Under the pieces are notes generated by a model, which saw only the letters and a program-made list of their open reading frames with translations, did no database searches and was not told where the DNA came from. The translations under genes were made by a program, and so were the position numbers. Below are positions 28,503 to 37,658 of a stretch of 64,000 bases of DNA, in pieces. Source of the DNA: Nitrospinaceae bacterium (GTDB lineage Bacteria; Nitrospinota; Nitrospinia; Nitrospinales; Nitrospinaceae); contig OZ250172.1 in NCBI GenBank assembly GCA_965237905.1, positions 1,632,001-1,696,000 of the forward strand, given 5' to 3'. Positions within the stretch are counted from its first letter, which is position 1, and each line of letters starts with the position of its first letter.

Positions 28503-29879
28503 TTATTCTATCGTTTCATCGACCGTGGCGTCCAGTTGGCCTTTGGCCAAACGAATGCGCACGGTATCGCCTTTGTTAATCTGTTTGCTGGAGGTCACTG
28601 CCTTGCCGGTCTTTTTCGAGGTGGCGATGCTGTAGCCCCGTTGCAGTACGTTCAACGGGTTGAGCGCTTCCAGATTTTTGGCGGCACCCGCCAGTTTTTG
28701 CTTTTTAAGATCAATCTGCGATTCCAGACGCCGCACCAGGCGCGCCATCAAATCGTTTTGCCGCTCCGACAGGGTTTGTATTTTTTTACCGGGTGAAGCC
28801 TGGAATAAACGATGCACTATCTGCGTCAGGTTGCCGCGTTTGACCAGCACCCATTGGTCGAGGCCGCGCAGAAGACGCTGAACCATTTCGTCGAGGCGTT
28901 GCGTGGGGGCTTCCAGAATCTGGCGCGGTTCCCGGAAAAACCGGCGGTCGATCAGATAACGCAACCGCTCGCGGTAATCTTCGATGTCCTCCTCCATCCG
29001 TTCGATCATCTGATTGGTGAGGTATTGCAGGTCCTGCACGATGTCGTTCAGTTTCGGCACCACCAGTTCTGCCGCGGCGGAGGGCGTGGGAGCGCGCAGG
29101 TCGGCAACAAAATCGGCGACTGTGAAATCGATTTCGTGACCGACAGCGGATACCACGGGAATTCCCGATTGCGCGATGGCGCGGGCGACGACTTCTTCGT
29201 TGAAGGCCCACAAGTCTTCGATGGACCCGCCGCCGCGTCCGACAATGAGTACGTCAATATCCTTTCGTTTATTCAATTCCCTGATGCCCTGGGCGATTTC
29301 TTCCGCTGACCCCTCGCCCTGCACTTTGGCGGGATACAATAATATCGATGTCTTCGGGTTACGCCGTTGAATGACGTGGATCATGTCGCGGATCGCCGCG
29401 CCGGTGGGGGAGGTGACGATGCCGATCTTCCACGGAATTTCAGGGAGCTCTTTTTTACGCGACTCGTCGAACAGGCCTTCTTTCGCCAGTTTTTCTTTGA
29501 GCTGTTCAAACGCTTTCTGCAGGGCGCCCAGGCCTTTGGGCTCCATGGCCTCGACAATAACCTGGTAATCTCCACGCGCTTCGTACACCGTAACGCGTCC
29601 CAGCAGAAGTATCTGGTCGCCGTCCTCCGGTGTGAACTTCATACCCACGCGTTGTCCGCGGAACAGCACGCATTTGATCTGCGCTTTATCATCTTTCAAA
29701 ACGAAATAGGCATGGCCCGAGGCGGCCGTTCGGAAATTGGAAATCTCGCCTTCGATCCACGCCGTTTCAAACGCGGCTTCGAGGATAGCCCGCACGTCGC
29801 GCGTGATTTCGCTAACGGTGTAGACGTGCGGTTGTTCGACCGGGATGTGTCCCGCGGATTGTGGTTGCGCTTGAGTCAT
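28503..29879 (-). CDS. xseA: Exodeoxyribonuclease VII large subunit
   Basis: WIEGEISN; SGHAYF; RGGGSIEDLWAFN; SAVGHEIDFT; RAPTPSAAAE. Confidence 0.97.
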   Translation of the reverse strand: MTQAQPQSAGHIPVEQPHVYTVSEITRDVRAILEAAFETAWIEGEISNFRTAASGHAYFVLKDDKAQIKCVLFRGQRVGMKFTPEDGDQILLLGRVTVYEARGDYQVIVEAMEPKGLGALQKAFEQLKEKLAKEGLFDESRKKELPEIPWKIGIVTSPTGAAIRDMIHVIQRRNPKTSILLYPAKVQGEGSAEEIAQGIRELNKRKDIDVLIVGRGGGSIEDLWAFNEEVVARAIAQSGIPVVSAVGHEIDFTVADFVADLRAPTPSAAAELVVPKLNDIVQDLQYLTNQMIERMEEDIEDYRERLRYLIDRRFFREPRQILEAPTQRLDEMVQRLLRGLDQWVLVKRGNLTQIVHRLFQASPGKKIQTLSERQNDLMARLVRRLESQIDLKKQKLAGAAKNLEALNPLNVLQRGYSIATSKKTGKAVTSSKQINKGDTVRIRLAKGQLDATVDETIE

Positions 29880-29897
29880 AAGTTGTGAGGGATACGC

Positions 29898-30755
29898 TTA
29901 AAGATTATTGGCTTTTTTAAATGCGCTCAAGGTATTTTTCATCAGCATGGCGATGGTCATGGGTCCGACCCCGCCGGGTACGGGTGTGATGAACGCCGCC
30001 TTCTCTGCTACCGCATCGAAATCGACGTCTCCGACCAGTTTGCCGTCGACCCGGTTAATGCCGACGTCAATGACCGTTGCGCCTTCCCCCACCATGTCCG
30101 CTGTTACAAATTTGGGTTTGCCGATGGCCGCGACTAAAATATCAGCCGACCGCGCCACGGCGGAAAGATCGCGCGTGCGCGAGTGGCAAATGGTGACGGT
30201 GGCGTGGCGCTTCAACAATAGAGAGGCCATGGGCTTGCCGACGATGTTGCTCCGGCCGAGGATCACCGCGTGCTTGCCTTCGATACCGATCTTGTAAAAA
30301 TCCAGCATTTCAATAATGCCCACCGGGGTGCAGGGCGCCAGCGCATCGCCGCCGCTGGTCAGGTAACCGACATTGACCGGATGAAAGCCGTCGACGTCCT
30401 TTTTCGGATCAATCGCTTCCAGCACCTTTTGTTCGTTGATATGACCCGGTAGCGGCAGTTGCACGAGGATGCCGTTGACTTCCGGGTTGGCGTTCAATTC
30501 GGCGATCAATTTCAACAGTTTGGTTTCTTCGGTATCAGCGGCAAGAGTGTGCGAGAAATTCTGAAATCCCATCTTGTCGCAGGTTTTGTTTTTGTTTTTA
30601 ACGTACACCGCGGAAGCGGGGTCTTCGCCCACCAGCACCACCGCCAATCCGGGGACTTTCCCCATCTGTTGTTTCAATTTTTCGACTTCGTCGGCCACCT
30701 GTTCCTTGATATCCGCCGAAACTTTTTTACCGTCGATCAGGGTCATCACATCCAT
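29898..30755 (-). CDS. folD: Methylenetetrahydrofolate dehydrogenase/cyclohydrolase
   Basis: [35 protein letters not shown]. Confidence 0.97.
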   Translation of the reverse strand: MDVMTLIDGKKVSADIKEQVADEVEKLKQQMGKVPGLAVVLVGEDPASAVYVKNKNKTCDKMGFQNFSHTLAADTEETKLLKLIAELNANPEVNGILVQLPLPGHINEQKVLEAIDPKKDVDGFHPVNVGYLTSGGDALAPCTPVGIIEMLDFYKIGIEGKHAVILGRSNIVGKPMASLLLKRHATVTICHSRTRDLSAVARSADILVAAIGKPKFVTADMVGEGATVIDVGINRVDGKLVGDVDFDAVAEKAAFITPVPGGVGPMTIAMLMKNTLSAFKKANNL

Positions 30756-30952
30756 CGCTCCACCGTTCTTATAATGAAGGTCAACAAGGTTTGCTCTAGC
30801 GGCCCCATCTTACCAGAACCGGGATTAAATGTGACGGGGGAAGTCGGAAGGGATTGTTTTTTCAGGATAAGGAAATCTGAAAACTTTGTATCAGGGATGA
30901 GATACGGCTCACAAGGTTTTGAAATACGGGAGGGAAGAACGACAGGGGACTA

Positions 30953-31810
30953 TTAAGAACCATCAAAAAACAGGCCGACAATTCCTTGGTACTGTTGGAT
31001 CACCTTGTCCTTCATGAATTCAAAATCGTCTGAATTGAGTCCGATGATCTCCCAACTTTTGGGATACAGTTGCGGCTCGCTGAACTCGGCATCGCTGGTC
31101 GCATGCAGAACGTGAACAATATAATCGGAGGTGTGGATAATAGCCGCATCGACGGGAAACTCTTTAGCAGTTTGAGGTTGATGGTGACAGCCCACCGCCT
31201 CGACCAGGCGCGGCGGCAGTTTCCAGGCCTTCAACAATTCCCGGCCGACATCCGCATGATCGAAACCCATCAATTCCCGCTCAGACAGGTATATGTTTTC
31301 CTGATGTTCTTTGCTCCGGTAAAAGGCGTCCCGCGCCAGAGCCGGCTCCTGTTTGAAAATCACCAACCGGCCGATGTCGTGCAGGATACCGGCCAGGTAG
31401 AACCGTTCGATATTTTTCTCGCTCCGAAACTCGGCAATAGACCGGGCCACCACGCCGCACGCTATACTGTGCCGCCAGAATTTTCCCATGTTGAACAGGC
31501 TGTTGGGAATACCCCGGAATTGATGAGTCACCAGGGTGGCCAAAGCCAGATCGGTGAGTTGATCCATGCCGATGATCGAAGTCGCATGGGAAATGGTTTC
31601 GATAGTTGATGGGAATCCGTAAAATGGACTGTTGACGATTTTGAGCAGACGCGCGGAGAGGGCAGGATCGAAACTGATGATATCGCCCAGGTCCTGGAAG
31701 GTTTTGTCGGGATTGCTCAGAGCTGACTGAAGTTCGAAATAGATCTTTGGCAATGAAAAGATGACTTCATCTTCTTCGCCGATCAAGTCTTGTGGGTGGC
31801 TCAAGCTCAT
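30953..31810 (-). CDS. Stand-alone HDOD domain protein
   Basis: DPALSARLLKIVNSPFYG; FWRHS; GILHDIGRL; GFDHA.VG..L...W.LP; HHQP. Confidence 0.9.
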   Translation of the reverse strand: MSLSHPQDLIGEEDEVIFSLPKIYFELQSALSNPDKTFQDLGDIISFDPALSARLLKIVNSPFYGFPSTIETISHATSIIGMDQLTDLALATLVTHQFRGIPNSLFNMGKFWRHSIACGVVARSIAEFRSEKNIERFYLAGILHDIGRLVIFKQEPALARDAFYRSKEHQENIYLSERELMGFDHADVGRELLKAWKLPPRLVEAVGCHHQPQTAKEFPVDAAIIHTSDYIVHVLHATSDAEFSEPQLYPKSWEIIGLNSDDFEFMKDKVIQQYQGIVGLFFDGS

Positions 31811-31869
31811 ACCGGTTCTCTATTCCAATTAAAGTCAGTGAAACACGTTGGGTAAAAGGGAGACGCGGA

Positions 31870-33357
31870 TCAGCTGATTCCCAGCTCCTTGATCAACCGG
31901 GAAAGGTAAGATCGCTGGACCTCCAGGATTTTTGCGGCCTGGGTCCGATTCCCCTTGGTCGATTGGAGAGTATTGAAAATGAACGATTTTCTGAAGGAGT
32001 CGCTGGCATCTTTCAAGGTGGAACCCACGTTGATTTCGATGGGCGACTGGGTGGACTCGATGGCAAAGGCATCCGGAGTCAACTCTTCTCCATCTTCCAG
32101 AACGATGGCCCGCTCGAGGGCATTTTCCAATTGGCGGATATTGCCCGGCCAACCATAACCTTCAAGGTATGCGATCAACCCCTTTTGAACCTTTTTGGGT
32201 TTCTCTCCGTCCGGGGTATGTTTCCTTACGAAAAAATTAACCAGATCGGGAATGTCTTCTTTGCGATCCCTGAGAGAGGGCAAATGAAGGTTGATGACAT
32301 TGACGCGGTAAAACAAATCCTGCCGGAACGTGCCTTCGCTCACCATTTTGTCCAGATCCTGGTTGGTGGCGGAAATGATTCTGACGTCCACCTCGGTGGG
32401 TGTGGTACCGCCCAGCCTTAAAAAAGATTCTTCCTGGATCACACGGAGCAACTTGACCTGCATATCGAGCGGCATCTCACCGATCTCGTCGAGAAACAGA
32501 GTGCCGCCGTCGGCCGCTTCAAACAAGCCGATCTTCCGGCTGTCCGCTCCGGTAAATGCCCCCTTTTCATGACCGAACAGCTCGCGCTCCAGAATGGAAG
32601 CGGGTAAGGCGCCGCAACTGATAGACACAAAGGGTTTGGTCTGGCGCAGACTGCGGTCGTGAATCAGATGGGCAAACAATTCCTTACCCGTGCCGCTTTC
32701 TCCGGTAATCAGAATGGACGCCTTGGAATTGGATACCTTTTCCGCTTGGGTGATGCACTTGCGAATTTGCGGACTTTCCCCCACGATGGTATAGCGCTGA
32801 CGGTACTTCTCCTGAAGCCGGTCAAATTCTTCTCCCAGTATCTCATTACTGCGGGTCACCTCGAAAAACATGGCCATGATCCTGGCAAAGCGGCTCAGGA
32901 CTTCCATGTCGCTTTCGGAATAGATACTGCCATCCAGCTTGTCCAGGAACTGAACGACACCGATGACCATACCATTCAGAGTCAGGGGATGACAGGCGAT
33001 GGCTTTGACATCCATCTCGGCCATTTCGCTGACTTTGCTCAACCAGCGTTTGTCGTTTTGCACATCATTGGATACAATAGCCTCGCCGGTTTCGGCCACA
33101 ATACCTGCGAGACCAACCCCTTGGGGAATTTCCACCAGTTTCAACTGTCCGGTCTCTTCACCGGAAGCTTGGTAAAACTGCAGTTTGTTGGTTTTTTCAT
33201 CCAACATGAGCAACGAGGCATTGAGCGCCCCGACGGTAACCTGCGCGGTTTCCAGAACAATGTTCAATAACTCATCTACATTCTTGAAAGTGGTTTTGAA
33301 CAGAGACGAGATTTTTCGCAGGGTCAGAATGTTGGCATATTCATTGATTTGTTTCAT
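31870..33357 (-). CDS. GAF-domain sigma54-dependent enhancer-binding protein
   Basis: N-terminal GAF; GESGTGKE; GAFTGA; LFLDEIGE; WPGNIRQLEN; Fis-type HTH. Confidence 0.93.
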   Translation of the reverse strand: MKQINEYANILTLRKISSLFKTTFKNVDELLNIVLETAQVTVGALNASLLMLDEKTNKLQFYQASGEETGQLKLVEIPQGVGLAGIVAETGEAIVSNDVQNDKRWLSKVSEMAEMDVKAIACHPLTLNGMVIGVVQFLDKLDGSIYSESDMEVLSRFARIMAMFFEVTRSNEILGEEFDRLQEKYRQRYTIVGESPQIRKCITQAEKVSNSKASILITGESGTGKELFAHLIHDRSLRQTKPFVSISCGALPASILERELFGHEKGAFTGADSRKIGLFEAADGGTLFLDEIGEMPLDMQVKLLRVIQEESFLRLGGTTPTEVDVRIISATNQDLDKMVSEGTFRQDLFYRVNVINLHLPSLRDRKEDIPDLVNFFVRKHTPDGEKPKKVQKGLIAYLEGYGWPGNIRQLENALERAIVLEDGEELTPDAFAIESTQSPIEINVGSTLKDASDSFRKSFIFNTLQSTKGNRTQAAKILEVQRSYLSRLIKELGIS

Positions 33358-33551
33358 AATTCGACGCGGACTGGACGGTGAAACCCTTAAAAGGTGAATA
33401 TTTGTTAAAAAAGAATACAGATCCGAAATTTATATCGATCTGTGGGCATCGCCTGAAATATTTATAAAATGGTGGTTTAGCTGTAAAAGGAGTACAAAGT
33501 TACGAGCAAACAGCTTCCTTGTTTATGAATTTTTTATATCATATTAACCAT

Positions 33552-33608
33552 TGTAAACATTTTTTGATATTTTTGGGGCGAAATATCTAATATTTTTAAA
33601 TGTTTACA
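33552..33608. promoter_or_regulatory. 11-bp inverted repeat in AT-rich divergent promoter region
   Basis: TGTAAACATTT (33552-33562) and AAATGTTTACA (33598-33608), 35-nt spacer. Confidence 0.4.
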
Positions 33609-33652
33609 CAACCTTATTTGGGGTATTTAAAACAGTCAATAAATCAAAGAGT

Positions 33653-35605
33653 ATGAAAACACCTCTGTTCAAAAATAATATTGTCACAGCCCTGATTTTG
33701 GTGGGGATAGGGTTTTTAGCCTATGCAGGAACTCTCCAATCGCCTTTTCTGGCTTCAGAAGTTCGAACGCTACTGGAAAATCCGATAATTAACGATTTCT
33801 CAAGGGTCAACGATATTGTCCGGATCGACCAGATTTTCAATGGCTCGCTTCCAAAATTATCCTTTTCCATTAACTATTGGATGGGGCACAGTACCCCCTG
33901 GGGTTATCACCTGGTGAACCTGTTGATTCACTTGGGGGTCAGTCTGGCCTTTTATTGGGTGGTCCGGGAGTGGTTGATCTTTTTTGATCAGAAGGACCCT
34001 CGCTATCTCAATTGGTTGCCCCTGGTCGCTTCCGGAATCCATCTACTCCACCCCCTGAACTCGCAAGCGGTCATTCTCATTTCCTCGCGCCCCATCCTTT
34101 TCGCAAGCCTGTTTTATCTGCTGACTTTTGGATTTTTGGCCCGTTTTCTAAGAGAATTTAGAGAGAACCCGAAAAAGGCCAAGGGCTCGATCGACCTTTT
34201 GATGGTTATGGCCTGTTTCGCGGTAGGGGGTACCAGTGACCCGACAATGGTCACTTTGCCGTTCATGGGATGGATATTTTCCCGATTCTATATGGCCTCT
34301 ACCCGGAAGATAGAAGGGGAGATATTTGCCATGGCGCTGATTCCCTGGATCATTTACCTGATTTACCAGCTCACAACCCCTGCTTCCGAACTGGTGGCCG
34401 GGTTTTCAGGTAAATCCGGTAATCTGGCTACTCTCTATTTTTTGACTCAGATGAAAGCTTTTATTTTTTATTACCTGCCCAAGGCCCTGTTTCCTATTCA
34501 TTTGAATCTGGATCCCGATTTCCGCATGGTGAGCGGGATAGGGGATTGGACATGGATGCTCTCTCTGGGCGCCATTGGGGCACTGTTCGCTTTGGTGCGG
34601 GTTACCCGGTCCAGTCTGGTGCAATGGGCTTTCCTCTGGGCCTTTTTAATTTTCATCAGTTTTTATGCATTAGGAATGGATGATCCGATAGTGTCTGAGC
34701 CCCGGTTTTACCTGCCGGGACTGGGAATCCATCTAATACTGGCAATAGGCCTGGTGGAATTGGGAATCCGCCACCCGATCGCCGGATGGTTGCGTGTGGG
34801 GGTGCCGGCACTTTTCATGATTCTCACGTTCAGCCGGGGTCAGGACTACCGGTCGGAGATATCCCTCTGGAAAGAAACCGCCCAAAGTTCACCCCACAAA
34901 CCACGGGTCCATTACGAACTGGGAAAGGCTTACCTGCAAGGTGGACTCACTGAACAAGCGGAACAGGAACTGATCACAACTCTGGAGCTCAATTCCAAAC
35001 ATATTCCGGCTTTGGTCAAGATGGGAGAGATTTATATTCAGCGAAAAGAATATGCGAAAGCATTGGAGTCCTACCAGGAATTGATCCGCCAGAATATCAA
35101 AGTCCCCGCGGTTCACTTTAATGCCGGTCTGGCCCTGTTGGAAATGGGACAGCCTAAAGATGCCATGCCGTATCTGGAAGAAGCGGTGGCCAAACAACCG
35201 GCTGTCGCCACCTGGCATTTGACCCTGGCCCAGGCTTATCGCAAATCACACCGGCCGCAGAAAGCTTTGAAACATTACCGCGCCAGTCTCCGGATCAACC
35301 CGGACCAGCCGGTGGCGCATAACGAAATGGGTTTGGTGTTCTGGGATTTGAATTCCTTTTTTTTCGCGGACACTGCTTTCCATAGAGCCTATCAATTGGA
35401 TAATCAATATGTAGACGCGTTGAACAATCTGGTCACCTCCAGCATATTGTTCAAACAATACGACCAGGCCATTGATTACATCAATCGCCTGCAGGAGATC
35501 AATCCGGATGACGATAACGCCCAACAATTACTGACGGCCGCCCAGCGATTCCAAAAACAACAGAAATCGCAACCTCCGCCGGCGAAGCTACAGGATTTCC
35601 ATTAA
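33653..35605 (+). CDS. Multi-TM plus TPR protein, TMTC/GT-C glycosyltransferase-like
   Basis: GYHLVNLLIH; HLLHPLNSQAV..ISSR; many TM segments; SLWKET followed by TPR array. Confidence 0.75.
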   Translation: MKTPLFKNNIVTALILVGIGFLAYAGTLQSPFLASEVRTLLENPIINDFSRVNDIVRIDQIFNGSLPKLSFSINYWMGHSTPWGYHLVNLLIHLGVSLAFYWVVREWLIFFDQKDPRYLNWLPLVASGIHLLHPLNSQAVILISSRPILFASLFYLLTFGFLARFLREFRENPKKAKGSIDLLMVMACFAVGGTSDPTMVTLPFMGWIFSRFYMASTRKIEGEIFAMALIPWIIYLIYQLTTPASELVAGFSGKSGNLATLYFLTQMKAFIFYYLPKALFPIHLNLDPDFRMVSGIGDWTWMLSLGAIGALFALVRVTRSSLVQWAFLWAFLIFISFYALGMDDPIVSEPRFYLPGLGIHLILAIGLVELGIRHPIAGWLRVGVPALFMILTFSRGQDYRSEISLWKETAQSSPHKPRVHYELGKAYLQGGLTEQAEQELITTLELNSKHIPALVKMGEIYIQRKEYAKALESYQELIRQNIKVPAVHFNAGLALLEMGQPKDAMPYLEEAVAKQPAVATWHLTLAQAYRKSHRPQKALKHYRASLRINPDQPVAHNEMGLVFWDLNSFFFADTAFHRAYQLDNQYVDALNNLVTSSILFKQYDQAIDYINRLQEINPDDDNAQQLLTAAQRFQKQQKSQPPPAKLQDFH

Positions 35606-35669
35606 AAAACCATTCCGCGCCTTTCCCCGTTGTCCTTTTTAGCCGGGTATGATAACTTTTCCCGATCAT

Positions 35670-35756
35670 GCCGAAGTGGTGGAACTGGTAGACGCGCTGG
35701 ATTCAAAATCCAGTGGGGGCAACCTCGTGTCGGTTCGATTCCGACCTTCGGCACCA
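35670..35756 (+). tRNA. tRNA-Leu (anticodon CAA)
   Basis: GCCGAAG/CTTCGGC acceptor stem plus ACCA; CTGGA-TTCAAAA-TCCAG; long variable arm; GTCGG-TTCGATT-CCGAC. Confidence 0.97.
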
Positions 35757-35766
35757 TAGAATTTTC

Positions 35767-35806
35767 AGGGGAGTTGTGGCTTGAGCCGCGACTCCCCTTT
35801 TCTTTT
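35767..35806 (+). terminator. Terminator after tRNA-Leu
   Basis: AGGGGAGTTGTGGC-TTGA-GCCGCGACTCCCCT followed by a T-rich run. Confidence 0.8.
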
Positions 35807-35902
35807 GTAGCCGACTATCCAGTAACAGATTTTCCAATTTCGGATGCCTTGCACTTGCTACCCCCAATTCTTGCCAGAATGGCAAGGAAAATGAGAAAAA
35901 GC

Positions 35903-36220
35903 TTATCGAGAGGTTTGCACTTCCAGTTGAACCCCTTCTTTTTCCTGGAGAGTGTGGATAATGCCGAACAGATTTTTTGCTGTAGGGTTGCCGCTGGGGC
36001 TGAACATGCGCATCAGGCTTTTAGGAGATTTATGCGTTACGGCACCCAGCTTTTCAAAACCAATGGTGGCGTTGATATAGTCACGCAGAATAACTTTCCC
36101 CGTCTCGGCATCACCGGCCAGCATATTTTCGATGCTTTCTTTGAGCAGGCCTGCGCGAAACTCAGGATCACGCAGGGCGCGGGCCTGAATGGTTTCTTTA
36201 AAAGTACGTGTAATTGCCAT
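35903..36220 (-). CDS. Addiction-module antidote-like HTH protein, no adjacent toxin
   Basis: RDPEFR..LL.E.I...L.GD...GK..LRDYINATIGF..L.....SPKSLMRMFSPSGNPTAKNLF. Confidence 0.75.
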   Translation of the reverse strand: MAITRTFKETIQARALRDPEFRAGLLKESIENMLAGDAETGKVILRDYINATIGFEKLGAVTHKSPKSLMRMFSPSGNPTAKNLFGIIHTLQEKEGVQLEVQTSR

Positions 36221-36265
36221 GGCACTGTTGTCTTCACAAAGGCATCCTTTAATCTCATTTATAAT

Positions 36266-36283
36266 AGTAACATATAAGTTACT
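36266..36283. promoter_or_regulatory. Palindromic operator AGTAAC-N6-GTTACT upstream of the antitoxin-like gene
   Basis: Perfect 6-bp inverted repeat overlapping a TACTAT -10-like hexamer on the minus strand. Confidence 0.5.
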
Positions 36284-36411
36284 TTAATGCGAGTAAAAAA
36301 TTCCAGATGTCTGTAATATTTCAATTCTCCTTTACTTGGAAGACATCTTCTCCGTAGAATGGCGATCCACAGAAATCAAATCGGCAATTTGGAAGAATCG
36401 GGAAAACCCTC

Positions 36412-37305
36412 ATGGCAAAAATCAGGAAAACCCTCATAGCAAAAATTCGGAAGCTGGACAAACAGGAAATCGAATCCCAAAAAAACCAGCTGGAAAGAGC
36501 CGAGTTGAACAACGCGGATCTGGAAGGCATCGATCTGAGCCATGGAGTCCTCAAGGAGGCGCAATTTCAAAAATCCAATCTCAAAAAAGCGAACTTTGAA
36601 CAGGCTGGGTTGAATGGGGCAGATTTTACAGGCAGTTTTCTGGTGGGTGCCAATTTCAAATCGGCACGATTGATCCGCGCCGACTTCACGAAAACCAATC
36701 TGAGCGGGGCGGACTTGAGCGGAACGGATCTCAGCAGTTCCTGGTTCAACAAGGCGGTCGCCCTGAAAGCCGATTTCCACGACTCCAATCTCAACCGGGC
36801 CGAACTAAACCAGGCTCAGTTGAAAGGCTGCGATCTCCGGAATGTGAATCTCAACAAAAGCGATTTGCGGGGGGCGCATCTGATGGAGTCCGACCTGTCT
36901 GGTGCCCGTATTCCCAAATCCCATCTCAGCAAAGCCAACTTTGCCGGGGCAAAGCTCGAAAACACAGATCTCAGCGGGTGCAACCTGAGCGGGTGCGACT
37001 TCAGGGACTCAAATCTCAAGGGAGCCGATTTCTCTGATTCGATTCTGAACCGGGTGTATTTCAAGGGAGCAGATTTGACGGACGCCAATCTGAGCGGTGC
37101 CAACGTCCGGGGTTCCGACCTGGGAGAGACACGCCTCACCCAGACCAACCTGACGGGCGCAGACCTCTCGCTGGCCACTAATCTTTCCAGTGACAATTTA
37201 AAGACGGCGCTTATCGACCGGAAAACCAAACTGCCGGACAACCTCGAAGTGACCTGGACTTCGGAAACAGAATTTGAATGCACCGAATCCGCCGTGGAGG
37301 AGTAG
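36412..37305 (+). CDS. Pentapeptide repeat protein
   Basis: Roughly 45 tandem A(D/N)(L/F)xx units. Confidence 0.92.
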   Translation: MAKIRKTLIAKIRKLDKQEIESQKNQLERAELNNADLEGIDLSHGVLKEAQFQKSNLKKANFEQAGLNGADFTGSFLVGANFKSARLIRADFTKTNLSGADLSGTDLSSSWFNKAVALKADFHDSNLNRAELNQAQLKGCDLRNVNLNKSDLRGAHLMESDLSGARIPKSHLSKANFAGAKLENTDLSGCNLSGCDFRDSNLKGADFSDSILNRVYFKGADLTDANLSGANVRGSDLGETRLTQTNLTGADLSLATNLSSDNLKTALIDRKTKLPDNLEVTWTSETEFECTESAVEE

Positions 37306-37378
37306 ACGCATCGGACCTGGCCGAACCATCCCTTATTGAATGGCAATTTTACCCGAATAAACTATTTTGAAATTTTTG

Positions 37379-37406
37379 TTGTGAAATGGGAAATCATGGC
37401 TATAAT
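37379..37406 (+). promoter_or_regulatory. Candidate sigma70 promoter for the DEAD-box helicase
   Basis: TTGTGA-N16-TATAAT, about 250 nt upstream of the start codon. Confidence 0.5.
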
Positions 37407-37658
37407 GAACCATCACATTAGGTGGTTGAAGCCGTCTAGAGAATTACTGGTGTCGAACCAGGGAATAGTTTCCTTATTGGTTGAGAAAAGTCCGACCCTC
37501 CGCAAGGCCTAAGTCTGAATTTCTCCCCCGTTTTTTCTCCATATTGCCCAATTTCCTCTAAAGCATAAGAAATCAATCACACCATTCAAACCGAAGCTTG
37601 AGCTTTGTGCTCAGATGATCTGCATGATGCAGCATCATTATTTTACTATGGAGAAAAC

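Noticed and set aside
36037..36258. Toxin ORF upstream of the antitoxin
   Set aside because: It overlaps the antitoxin out of frame for most of its length and shows no RelE/HigB features.
35670..37400. Intact integrative element at tRNA-Leu
   Set aside because: No integrase and no duplicated tRNA 3' end found in the window.
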